DNA from: Clostridiales bacterium
GTDB taxonomy: Bacteria; Bacillota; Dehalobacteriia; UBA7702
DNA: 64,000 bases
NCBI GenBank assembly: GCA_036644995.1
Contig: JAVXOZ010000008.1
Span: 5,838-69,837 of the forward strand
Direction: 5' to 3'
In this document: positions 29,803 through 39,110 of the stretch, piece after piece
How positions within the stretch are numbered: position 1 is the stretch's first letter
Layout: every line of letters starts with the position of its first letter
The notes under the pieces: model-generated
What the model was told of the DNA's origin: nothing
Databases searched by the model: none
Seen by the model: the letters and a program-made list of their open reading frames with translations, nothing else
Made by a program: the position numbers and the translations under genes

Positions 29803-31146
29803 ATGAATATAATAGACATTATAACCAAAGAAAAAAATGGAGAATCATTATCTAAAGCGGAGATATATTATTTTGTTAATGAATATGCAAAAGGTAATAT
29901 ACCTGATTATCAAATCAGTGCATTGCTCATGGCAATATATTTTTGTGGTATGGATGAGGAAGGTATTTTCAATTTAACTATGGCAATGATGCACAGCGGT
30001 GACATTATGGATTTATCTTCAATAAGGGATATTACCATAGATAAGCACAGCACCGGTGGAATAGGGGATAAAATAACCTTGATAGTGGCACCCATATGGG
30101 CAGCAACGGGTTTTAGCGTTGCTAAAATGTCCGGTAGAGGTTTGGGCTACACCGGTGGCACCATAGATAAATTGGAATCTATTCCTCACTTTACAACGGC
30201 TCTTGATTTAGAAGATTTTTTGCGCCTTGCAAAAACCAATAAAATTGCCATAACATCCCAAAGCGGTAATTTAGTACCTGCGGATAAATTATTATATGCC
30301 TTAAGGGACGTAACCGCTACGGTGGATTCCATACCTTTAATTGCTGCCAGTGTTATGTCTAAAAAATTGGCAACAGGCAGTGATGTTTTGGTTTTAGATG
30401 TAAAATATGGTCGTGGTTCTTTTATGAAAACTTATGAAAAGGCTGCTGATTTAGCTACTACCATGATAAAAATAGGGGAAAAAGCAGGTCGCAAAGTAGC
30501 GGCGGTGTTAAGCCCTATGAATTGCCCTTTGGGCTATGCTGTGGGAAACTCCTTGGAAGTCCTTGAAGCTTTGGATATACTATCCAATAAAGGTAATAAA
30601 AAATTAAGAGATGAAGCCATTGCCATTGGGGCGGTGGGTTATTATATTGGCGGTATTACCAAAGATTTAGCGGCGGGGATAGCAAAAGTTAAAAAATGCC
30701 TTGAAGATGGCAGCGGCAAAGAAAAATTTTACAGTTTTGTGCGTAGTCAAGGTGGGGAAGCAGAAAAAAATAATTTTACGGATACCTTGGTATTAAGCAA
30801 AAATACAATAACTATCAAAGCACCAAAAAGTGGTATTATTACGGATATCAATGCACTTGGCATTGGTATGGCCTCGGTTGAATTAGGTGGTGGCAGAAAA
30901 AAATTAGGTGAAAATATAGACCACGGTTCAGGAGTGCTCCTTAAAAAAACAGTGGGTGATGCTGTTAAAAAAGGTGATATTTTGGCATTGCTGTACAGTA
31001 ATAAAACCACAGAAATTATGGCTGATCTTGCTAAATCTTTATTAGCAGATTTCCAAATATCCGATGATGGAAAAAATATTCCCCAAGAAAAATTGGAGCT
31101 TATATATAATAATGAAACAATTAATCTTTTGCAATTTTTAGTTTAA
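29803..31146 (+). CDS. pdp: Pyrimidine-nucleoside (thymidine) phosphorylase
   Basis: HSTGGIGDKITL phosphate-binding motif, 447 aa. Confidence 0.9.
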   Translation: MNIIDIITKEKNGESLSKAEIYYFVNEYAKGNIPDYQISALLMAIYFCGMDEEGIFNLTMAMMHSGDIMDLSSIRDITIDKHSTGGIGDKITLIVAPIWAATGFSVAKMSGRGLGYTGGTIDKLESIPHFTTALDLEDFLRLAKTNKIAITSQSGNLVPADKLLYALRDVTATVDSIPLIAASVMSKKLATGSDVLVLDVKYGRGSFMKTYEKAADLATTMIKIGEKAGRKVAAVLSPMNCPLGYAVGNSLEVLEALDILSNKGNKKLRDEAIAIGAVGYYIGGITKDLAAGIAKVKKCLEDGSGKEKFYSFVRSQGGEAEKNNFTDTLVLSKNTITIKAPKSGIITDINALGIGMASVELGGGRKKLGENIDHGSGVLLKKTVGDAVKKGDILALLYSNKTTEIMADLAKSLLADFQISDDGKNIPQEKLELIYNNETINLLQFLV

Positions 31147-31157
31147 GAGGAAATAAA

Positions 31158-32438
31158 ATGAAAAATAAAAGTGTAGTATTGATTTTACTGCTTACCGCAT
31201 TATTAACCATGTTTTCCGCCGATGTTTTTGCTGAAACACCAACAGCACCGGTGGCACCAACAGTGGCTCCTGCCTCTGCACCCACACAGGCATCTCCAAA
31301 CACAATAGAAGCCATAAAAAATCAAGTAATGGCAGAGGTTAACAATGCAGCAGGGAATGAAACAGCAAATTTACAGGTGGGTGCTGCAATTATAGCTGAC
31401 CCTATTACCAAAAATGTAATATATGAAAAAAATTCCAACCAAAAAATGTATCCTGCCAGTATAACCAAGTTAATGTCTTTTGTTATAATTTATGAAGGAA
31501 TAAACAGCGGCAAATTTAAACTTACAGACCCTGTAACAATTTCCCCCACTGTGGAGGCGGTGAATGAAGGGGATATTAAATTAAAAGCAGGTGAAATATG
31601 GCAATTACAGGAGCTGCTTTATGCTATGTCCATAATATCCGCCAATGATGCCTCGGTGGCAGTGGCGGAATATGCCGCAGGTTCTGAAGCACAATATGCG
31701 GAAATGATGAATGCTAAAGCTACTGAATTGGGCATGAAAAACACTCATTTTATGAATTGCACAGGCTTGCATGATGAGAACCACTATACCACTGCCCATG
31801 ATTTATTTACCTTAGCTTGCCACGCAGTGGAAATTCCTCAGCTTTTAGCTTTAACCTCCACCCAAAAACACGTATTTAACTTATCCACAGGTCAGGTTAC
31901 CCTTAATTGTACCAATAAGGTTTTGGATTGGTATCCCGGTGCCGATGGTTTAAAAACAGGTTTTACCACACCTGCGGGTCATTGCTTGGCTGCTACCGCA
32001 GTTAAAGATAATATGCGGTTAATAAGTATTGTTTTGGGTTGTCCTGCCAAATACGGGCATTACAGTGAAACCATGAAATTACTTAATTACGGATTTTCCA
32101 AATACGCTTTAAAAGATGTGGTTACCGCCAATACAACCGTAGCAACCATTGATTTACCCAAAGGCAAAACCGAAAATATTAAAGTGTGCCCTCAAGATAC
32201 CATCACTTTACCCACAGCCAAAGAGGGGGACTCAGGTTATAAAGTAAGCTGTAAAATGGATTCACAGATTGTTGCCCCGGTGCAAAAAGGGGACATCATC
32301 GGCAAGGTGTTTATCACCGCCAATGGTAAAGAAATTGCCACCACTCCCATGGTTGCCGCAGAATCCATAGATAAAGAAAACATTTTCCAAAGTGCATATC
32401 GTGGTGTGCGTGATTTTTTCCGCAAAATTACGACTTAA
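31158..32438 (+). CDS. dacF: D-alanyl-D-alanine carboxypeptidase (low-MW PBP; forespore DacF-type by context)
   Basis: Signal peptide, SITK (SxxK), SANDA (SxN) and KTG motifs. It lies immediately upstream of spoIIAA-spoIIAB-sigF, as in the dacF operon. It has an unusual Pro/Ala/Thr-rich linker after the signal peptide. Confidence 0.8.
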   Translation: MKNKSVVLILLLTALLTMFSADVFAETPTAPVAPTVAPASAPTQASPNTIEAIKNQVMAEVNNAAGNETANLQVGAAIIADPITKNVIYEKNSNQKMYPASITKLMSFVIIYEGINSGKFKLTDPVTISPTVEAVNEGDIKLKAGEIWQLQELLYAMSIISANDASVAVAEYAAGSEAQYAEMMNAKATELGMKNTHFMNCTGLHDENHYTTAHDLFTLACHAVEIPQLLALTSTQKHVFNLSTGQVTLNCTNKVLDWYPGADGLKTGFTTPAGHCLAATAVKDNMRLISIVLGCPAKYGHYSETMKLLNYGFSKYALKDVVTANTTVATIDLPKGKTENIKVCPQDTITLPTAKEGDSGYKVSCKMDSQIVAPVQKGDIIGKVFITANGKEIATTPMVAAESIDKENIFQSAYRGVRDFFRKITT

Positions 32439-32530
32439 AACCTGTTTATTTCCTATTATTTACCAAAGGAAGATACCTTTAAAAATAGAAATCTCATAGT
32501 AATGGTAAAAATTAACTATGGGAGGTTAAT

Positions 32531-32854
32531 ATGGATTTTCAAATTAAAAAAAATCTCCTCACCTTTAGGGTTGCAGGAGATTTTGATTTATCGCTTTGCC
32601 CTCCATTAAAAGAAAAAATGCTCAAGGCTATTGAAATGGATGGGGTAAACAGAATTATTTTTGATATGAAAGAGGTTACATTTTTAGATAGTTCCGCTTT
32701 GGGCTTGATTTTAACTGCTTATAAAAAAACAGCACCTTTAGGGGGTGGTGTGGGCATTATAAATTTACAGCCAAAGTTAAGGCAATTATTTGAAATGGCA
32801 GGATTGGAACATATAATAAAAATATCCTTAACAAAAGAGGTGCAAGATGATTGA
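32531..32854 (+). CDS. spoIIAA: Anti-sigma-F factor antagonist SpoIIAA (STAS domain)
   Basis: 107 aa with phosphorylatable Ser in TFLDSSALG. Confidence 0.9.
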   Translation: MDFQIKKNLLTFRVAGDFDLSLCPPLKEKMLKAIEMDGVNRIIFDMKEVTFLDSSALGLILTAYKKTAPLGGGVGIINLQPKLRQLFEMAGLEHIIKISLTKEVQDD

Positions 32855-33278
32855 AAAAAATGAAGAAAATAAAATTGAATTTTCCTTTATGGCAAAAGAT
32901 GAAAACGTATCTTCAGCCAGGTTATTGGCAGCATCTTTCAGCAGCCAAATGGGTTTTACTTTAAGCGAGGTTGAGGAAATAAAAGTGGCGGTTTCCGAAG
33001 GTGTTTCCAACGCTATTATTCATGGTTACAAAAATAATAGCAGCGAAATGGTATCCATGGAATTAATCTGTGTGGAAAATTTGTTAACTGTAATCATTAA
33101 AGATAAAGGTTGTGGCATAGCCAATATAGAAAAAGCCATGGAACCTATGTTTTCTACTATTGCGGATAGAATGGGTTTGGGCTTTGTTTTCATGCAATCT
33201 TTCATGGATGATTTTAAAATTGTTTCACAAATTCATGAAGGCACCACCCTTATTTTGAAAAAAACTTGTAAATTGTGA
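32847..33278 (+). CDS. spoIIAB: Anti-sigma-F factor SpoIIAB (serine kinase, GHKL)
   Basis: 143 aa with N-box EGVSNAIIHG and G-box GLGFVFM. Overlaps the spoIIAA stop. Confidence 0.9.
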   Translation: MIEKNEENKIEFSFMAKDENVSSARLLAASFSSQMGFTLSEVEEIKVAVSEGVSNAIIHGYKNNSSEMVSMELICVENLLTVIIKDKGCGIANIEKAMEPMFSTIADRMGLGFVFMQSFMDDFKIVSQIHEGTTLILKKTCKL

Positions 33279-33279
33279 T

Positions 33280-33993
33280 ATGGAAAAATGCTATGGTGAT
33301 TTTTCTGATGCAGAAAAACAAATACTTTGGTTAAAATGCAAAGATGGAGATGTAAAAGCCAGAGAAAAATTGATTGATGGCAATTATCCACTGGTTGGTG
33401 CTGTTGCCGGGAAATTATCTTTTAATAATGATGAATATGATGAGCTGTTTCAAAGTGGTGTTTTGGGTCTAATCAAAGCTGTGGATGGCTTTGACCAAAA
33501 TTTGGGGGTAGCTTTTTCCACCTATGCCTTATCATTTATCCATGGTGAAATAATGCGGCAAAAGGAAAGAATTAGAGGTGTAAAAAGGCAGCGAAATACT
33601 GAAGTTCTTTTTTCTAAAATAAAAGCTGCGGAAAAAGAATTGCGTGAGGGTAGCGGCTATGAGCCATCCTTTGGTGAAGTTGCGGCAAAAATAGGTGAAT
33701 CCACGGAAAATATTATCTGGATAATGGAAAATAATAAGGAAAATATTGCCCTTGATGAAATATGTATCACCGATGAAAATGCCATTAACAATTATGAAAT
33801 AGTGGAAAATAGGTTGTTTATCAAAGCAATTTTAAAGGAAGTAACAGCCAAAGAGCGAATTATACTCTTGGAACACTATATTAACGGCAAAACCCAAAAG
33901 GTAATTGCCCAAGAACTGGGCTTGAGCCAAACCCAAATTAGTCGTTTGGAAAAAGCCGCTTTAAAGAAACTAAAAAAAATTACTCAAATGTGA
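33280..33993 (+). CDS. sigF: Sporulation sigma factor sigma-F
   Basis: Sigma-70 region 2 (LFQSGVLGLIKAVDGFD) and a region 4 HTH (QKVIAQELGLSQTQISRLEK), 237 aa. It completes the spoIIA operon. Confidence 0.9.
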   Translation: MEKCYGDFSDAEKQILWLKCKDGDVKAREKLIDGNYPLVGAVAGKLSFNNDEYDELFQSGVLGLIKAVDGFDQNLGVAFSTYALSFIHGEIMRQKERIRGVKRQRNTEVLFSKIKAAEKELREGSGYEPSFGEVAAKIGESTENIIWIMENNKENIALDEICITDENAINNYEIVENRLFIKAILKEVTAKERIILLEHYINGKTQKVIAQELGLSQTQISRLEKAALKKLKKITQM

Positions 33994-33999
33994 GGATAT

Positions 34000-34533
34000 A
34001 TGGAAAAGAAATGTTGTTTCACAGGTTACAGACCTGTTAAGTTGAAATATTTATATAATAAAGATAGTGTAGAATATAAAAAATTATATACGCTTTTACA
34101 GGAAACCATAGAAGAAGCCGTGGCAGATGGTTATAATTATTTTATTTCCGGTTTTGCTATGGGTGTGGATTTAATGGCGGCAGAAATTGTTTTGCAATTA
34201 AAAACTGCAAATGCCCATATAAAATTAGAGGCGGCTTTGCCCTGTATGAACCAAACTGTATCTTGGTCATCTGTATCTCAAGAAAAATATTTTGCCTTAT
34301 TGGATAAGGCGGATTATCGCAGCTGTGTACATCCAAAAGGAATGAGGGAAAGTTATTTAATGCGTAACCGTTATATGGTGGAAAATAGCGATAGGGTTAT
34401 TGCGGTTTACGATGGGAGAAAAGGCGGTACATCTTACACTGTGGATTATGCCAGAAAACATAAGCGGGAAGTTATTGTTATCGACCCTCAAATTTTAGAA
34501 ATAACAGAAAGGGAGTATTCTCTTTTTAAATAA
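34000..34533 (+). CDS. YpsA-like SLOG-fold protein (DUF1273/UPF0398)
   Basis: CFTGYRP, ISGFAMGVDLMAAE and ALLDKADY match the conserved blocks of the B. subtilis YpsA family (ITGYKP, ISGQLGVELWAAE, AVLAQADY), recalled from memory. Confidence 0.65.
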   Translation: MEKKCCFTGYRPVKLKYLYNKDSVEYKKLYTLLQETIEEAVADGYNYFISGFAMGVDLMAAEIVLQLKTANAHIKLEAALPCMNQTVSWSSVSQEKYFALLDKADYRSCVHPKGMRESYLMRNRYMVENSDRVIAVYDGRKGGTSYTVDYARKHKREVIVIDPQILEITEREYSLFK

Positions 34534-34744
34534 ATTTTGGTAAAAAACAAATTTATTGCCTTGGGTTCATTCCTATAAAACCACACTGTGCATTAGGTAT
34601 TCCCCAATTTTAATCCATATAAAAAGCCTTTGATTGGGGAGTATAATTCCATATTATAAACCCACTTTGAATAAAAAGTGGAAAGATAAAAAAGCGAGAA
34701 CCACAAAAAATGTGATTCTCGCTTTAAAAATATTTTAAATAATA

Positions 34745-36148
34745 TTATTTGGCTTTCATTCTGTTTCTTTCGGGAATGAGGTAATTCTTTTGGAAATCTT
34801 CTGTTTCTTTGGCAATTACATTGCTTAAAAGCAACAGGGCTATTAAGTTTGGTATTGCCATTAAAGCATTGAAAATATCGGATATTGCCCATGCCAAATC
34901 CAAAGAAACTATGGCACCAAAGAAGGGTAAGAGTGAGAATATTACACGGTAAGGCACATTAGCTTTGGTGCTGCCCACTAAATATTCCAAACATTTTTCA
35001 CCATAATAGGACCAGCCTAAAATAGTGGATGAGGCAAAGAGTAAAATACCAATGGTAACCAAAACGCTACCGAATTTACCCAATGCCGAAGCAAATGCCA
35101 AGGTGGTTAATTCCGAGCCGGAAATGAAAGCACCTGTTGCATCAGTTGTGCCCAAAACACCGGAGCTGGCAATAACAAGACCTGTTAAACTACATATGAT
35201 GATGGTATCAATAAAGGTACCGGTCATGGATACATAGCCTTGTCTGCAAGGATGGTCTGTTTTTGCGGCTGCTGCTGCGATAGGGGCAGAACCTAAACCT
35301 GCTTCATTGGAGAACACACCACGTGCAACCCCAAAGCGGATAGCATTGGCAACTGTGGCACCTAAAACACCACCAACTGCGGATCTGGGTGAAAAGGCAT
35401 CTGTGAAGATAGCAGCTAAACCTGCGGGTACGTTTTGAATATTAATAACAATTACAGTAATAGCTACGATAAAATAAAAGGCTGCCATAAAAGGCACGAT
35501 TTTTGAGGATACTTTGGCGATGCTCTTGATACCGCCTAAAATTACAAAGAGACAAAAGATTACAATAATAATACCGGTAACCCAAGCAGGGATGTTGAAT
35601 GTGCTGTTTAAAGCACCTGCAACTGCATTACTTTGGGTCATGTTCCCAATCCCAAATGAGGCTACAACAGCAAAGAAGGCAAATAAAGCTGCCATGACTC
35701 TGCCGAGTCCCTTCCATTTAAGACCATCACGGAGTGCGTACATTGTGCCGCCTGCCATTTCGCCTTTATCGTTTACTACACGATATTTTACAGCGATAAC
35801 GCTTTCAGCGTATTTTGTGGAAAGACCAAAAATAGCGGTAATCCACATCCAGAATAAAGCCCCGGGACCACCTGCCACCATTGCCGTGGCAACCCCTGCG
35901 ATATTCCCTACCCCTACGGTAGCAGATAATGCCGTCATTAATGATTGGAAAGGGGTAATATCCCCTTTTGTGCCTGAGTTTTTCTTAAAGATAGACTTTA
36001 AGGCGTAACCCAAATTCCTCCAAGGTAAAAATTTCAGTCGGAAGGTAAGGAAGATACCGGTACCCACCAAAAGAACCAACATGACAGGACCCCACACGAA
36101 GTCATCAATCATGCCTACGATGTTAGCGAATGTTTCCATAACCATCAC
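34745..36148 (-). CDS. Alanine/glycine:cation symporter (AGCS family)
   Basis: 467 aa, about 11 TM helices, N-terminal MMVMETFANIVGMIDDFVWGP typical of AGCS. A terminator hairpin lies at 34684-34730. Confidence 0.85.
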   Translation of the reverse strand: MMVMETFANIVGMIDDFVWGPVMLVLLVGTGIFLTFRLKFLPWRNLGYALKSIFKKNSGTKGDITPFQSLMTALSATVGVGNIAGVATAMVAGGPGALFWMWITAIFGLSTKYAESVIAVKYRVVNDKGEMAGGTMYALRDGLKWKGLGRVMAALFAFFAVVASFGIGNMTQSNAVAGALNSTFNIPAWVTGIIIVIFCLFVILGGIKSIAKVSSKIVPFMAAFYFIVAITVIVINIQNVPAGLAAIFTDAFSPRSAVGGVLGATVANAIRFGVARGVFSNEAGLGSAPIAAAAAKTDHPCRQGYVSMTGTFIDTIIICSLTGLVIASSGVLGTTDATGAFISGSELTTLAFASALGKFGSVLVTIGILLFASSTILGWSYYGEKCLEYLVGSTKANVPYRVIFSLLPFFGAIVSLDLAWAISDIFNALMAIPNLIALLLLSNVIAKETEDFQKNYLIPERNRMKAK

Positions 36149-36331
36149 CTTTCTTAAATAAATACTTATAATCTATAATAATACTTCAAATCAACGCAAA
36201 ATACAATAAAAATTTACAAAAAATTCACACAATATCTATAATTTGTCAAATATTTAAAAAAATATCTACATTTTAGGCTAAATATGTTATAATTTATATT
36301 AATAGTAATTACTTACTATAAGGAGGCAATT

Positions 36332-36724
36332 ATGGATCCAAGTCAAGATTGGTTTTTACGCCAGTTAATGAATTTAGCAGATGGCATCCAAGGAATCCAC
36401 AGCCAAAGCAGCAAAATAGAAATACCCCAACCCACAAATGCTGTTAATAGCGATGAAATATTGCCGCTGATTTTAAATGGCATGATAAAAAGCGGCAAAA
36501 TAGACGAAGCGGAAAATTTATTGTTTCGCTGTGTGGAAAATTATCCCTTAGTGGAAAATTACACTATTGGATTGGACTTTTACACAAAATTAGCTACGAT
36601 GGATGCAGATGATTTAAAAGCAGCAGGGTGGAGCAGAGAAGAAATTAAAGACGGCATAGCCGACTTGCATTTTTTAATATTTGATGAACCATTGGATAGA
36701 AAGACAATTTTTGAGGAGGAATAA
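36332..36724 (+). CDS. Hypothetical acidic protein, first gene of the AMMECR1/radical-SAM cluster
   Basis: 130 aa with no motif. It lies 4 nt before the fusion gene and is probably co-transcribed. Confidence 0.4.
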   Translation: MDPSQDWFLRQLMNLADGIQGIHSQSSKIEIPQPTNAVNSDEILPLILNGMIKSGKIDEAENLLFRCVENYPLVENYTIGLDFYTKLATMDADDLKAAGWSREEIKDGIADLHFLIFDEPLDRKTIFEEE

Positions 36725-36727
36725 AAA

Positions 36728-38134
36728 ATGGGAAAAATTTTAGGAAGATTTATATTACCCCATCCACCTATTTTGATTCCTCAAATAGGTGGAGAAGATG
36801 CAAGAAAAGGTCAGGGAACCTTGGATAGTTTTGCTGCCATAGGCAAAAAAATTGCAGAGCTGAAACCACAAAATATAATTATTATAAGTCCCCATGCCCC
36901 TATGTTTAACGATAAATTTTATATTAACACCAATTCCCGTATCAGCGGTGATATGTCGCAATTTAAGCACAAAGAAATTTTATTGGGCTTTAATAATAAT
37001 ACAGGGCTTATTGACCTTATTACCCATGCTGCAAAAAATTTAGATATTAAAGCAGGGGCGGTTTCAGAAAATTTATTGCGTCGCTATGGTCTATCCTATG
37101 ATTTAGACCATGGAATTATTGTACCTATGTATTTTATAAGTCATTTTTATACAGATTTTAACCTGATTCCTGTTTCTTTGACTTCCCGTAGTCCCAAAGA
37201 GCACTATTTAATGGGTGAGGCAATAGCCCAAGGGGTATTGGCAAGTGATGAAGATGCGGTTATAATTGCCAGCGGTGATTTATCCCATAAATTAAAAGAA
37301 GATGGCCCCTATGGTTTTGCTGAGGAAGGACCAATTTTTGATGAGTTGTTGATTAGCTTACTCAAAGAAAATAATATTGAGGGTTTACTGAGTATTGATA
37401 GTAAATTAGAAGAAAAAGCAGCCCAATGTGGACTTTATTCTTTCTATATACTTTTAGGAACATTAAAAGGATACAATATGGCTGCCAAAGTACACTCCTA
37501 TGAGAAACCTTTTGGGGTAGGCTATTTAACCGCCACCATAGACCAAGGTGCAACCACAGAACATAAGCCTTTGGCATCATATCTCAGTAAGCGTGAAGCA
37601 AGTTTAAAGGAAATGCAAAGTGTGGAATCTCCGCCCTTGGCTTTGGCAAGAGCCGCCCTTTCCTATTATTTGGATACGGGCAAGGAAATGACCATACCTG
37701 AAAACTTTCCCGAGGAATGGATAAGTAATCAAGGCGGCACTTTTGTAAGTTTTAAAAAGGATAATAATTTGCGTGGCTGTGTTGGTACCATTAGTGCCAC
37801 CCAACCAAATTTAGCTGAAGAAATCATCAATAATGCCATATCCGCAGGAACAAAAGATTACCGTTTTTCACCTATTACCCCGGGAGAAGTTGCAGAACTT
37901 ACTGTTTCTGTTGATGTTTTGGGCGATATTGAAGATATTGAAAGTGAAGATGATTTAGACCCTTTAAATTATGGCGTAATAGTAACCAGTGGCTCCAAGC
38001 GTGGGCTTTTGCTCCCTAATTTGGAGGGAGTGGATTCTGTGGAGCAGCAAATCCGCATTGCCAAGGAAAAGGCAGGTATACCTTTTTTTAAAAAAGTGAA
38101 TTTACAAAGATTTAAAGTGGTACGATATGAGTGA
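36728..38134 (+). CDS. Fusion protein: class III extradiol dioxygenase-like (LigB/Memo superfamily) N-domain + AMMECR1 C-domain
   Basis: N-domain has conserved His positions (PHPP, LDHG, SGDLSH) typical of LigB/YgiD-type proteins. C-domain has the AMMECR1 signature LRGCVGTI and LLLPN. It overlaps the radical SAM gene. Confidence 0.75.
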   Translation: MGKILGRFILPHPPILIPQIGGEDARKGQGTLDSFAAIGKKIAELKPQNIIIISPHAPMFNDKFYINTNSRISGDMSQFKHKEILLGFNNNTGLIDLITHAAKNLDIKAGAVSENLLRRYGLSYDLDHGIIVPMYFISHFYTDFNLIPVSLTSRSPKEHYLMGEAIAQGVLASDEDAVIIASGDLSHKLKEDGPYGFAEEGPIFDELLISLLKENNIEGLLSIDSKLEEKAAQCGLYSFYILLGTLKGYNMAAKVHSYEKPFGVGYLTATIDQGATTEHKPLASYLSKREASLKEMQSVESPPLALARAALSYYLDTGKEMTIPENFPEEWISNQGGTFVSFKKDNNLRGCVGTISATQPNLAEEIINNAISAGTKDYRFSPITPGEVAELTVSVDVLGDIEDIESEDDLDPLNYGVIVTSGSKRGLLLPNLEGVDSVEQQIRIAKEKAGIPFFKKVNLQRFKVVRYE

Positions 38135-38996
38135 AATAATTACTAAAACAGCAGAATATTGGGAACCTTGCAATGATAAAATTCGCTGTACCCTTTGCCC
38201 CCATCAGTGCTTAATCGGGGTGGGGAAAGCGGGATTATGTTTGGGCAGAAAAAATATTGATGGTAAATTGATAGCGGAAAATTACGGCAGAGTTACCTCT
38301 ATGGCGGTGGATCCCATGACAAAAAAACCACTTAACCGTTTTTATGCAGCTAATACCATTTTAACAGTAGCTTCTTATGGCTGTAATTTTAAGTGTAATT
38401 TTTGCCAAAACCACAGTATTTCTCAGCAAGAGAATGATTACACATATTATTCCCCCAAAGCAATACTGGATTTGGCTTTACACCACACTATTAATGATAA
38501 TGTAGGTTTGGCTTTTTCCTATAATGAACCCACTATATCCTTTGAATATGTGAAGGATTGTTTTAAATTGATTAAAGCCGCAGGTCTTAAAACCATATTG
38601 GTAACCAATGGCTATTTGGCAGAAAAACCTTTTGGCGAATTGGCAGCTTTAACCGATGCCATGAACATAGATTTAAAGGGGTTTAATGAAAATTTTTACC
38701 ATAAAATATGCGGTGGTGATTTAGAAACCGTGAAAAAGAATATCACCACAGCAGTGGAAAATTGTCATGTTGAAATTACAACTTTGGTGATACCTCAATT
38801 AAATGATGATTTACAGGAAATAAAAGCCATGGCAAAATGGATAGGGGAGTTAAATCCGGAAATTCCTTACCATTTAAGTAGATTTTTTCCACGTTATAAA
38901 ATGGAAAATCAAGAGCCAACACCATTGGCTACCATGTCGGAAGCTGCTGAAGTGGCATCGGAATATCTGAAATATGTATATTTGGGCAATATGTAA
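38127..38996 (+). CDS. Radical SAM enzyme (AmmeMemoRadiSam-system type, PFL-activase-like)
   Basis: CNFKCNFC is a CxxxCxxC radical SAM cluster motif. An additional N-terminal Cys-rich stretch CTLCPHQC is present. 289 aa. Confidence 0.8.
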   Translation: MSEIITKTAEYWEPCNDKIRCTLCPHQCLIGVGKAGLCLGRKNIDGKLIAENYGRVTSMAVDPMTKKPLNRFYAANTILTVASYGCNFKCNFCQNHSISQQENDYTYYSPKAILDLALHHTINDNVGLAFSYNEPTISFEYVKDCFKLIKAAGLKTILVTNGYLAEKPFGELAALTDAMNIDLKGFNENFYHKICGGDLETVKKNITTAVENCHVEITTLVIPQLNDDLQEIKAMAKWIGELNPEIPYHLSRFFPRYKMENQEPTPLATMSEAAEVASEYLKYVYLGNM

Positions 38997-39034
38997 ATGT
39001 TAAAATTAACTAAATAAGCCATTAAATGGAATAA

Positions 39035-39074
39035 AGCACTGAATTTTCAAAAAATGAAAATTCAGTGCTTTTTA
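39035..39074. terminator. Bidirectional terminator between the radical SAM gene and copA
   Basis: AGCACTGAATTTTC-AAAAAATG-AAAATTCAGTGCT followed by TTTT. Confidence 0.75.
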
Positions 39075-39110
39075 AGTTGGATATTTTGGATTTTATAGTA
39101 AAATCGCAAA

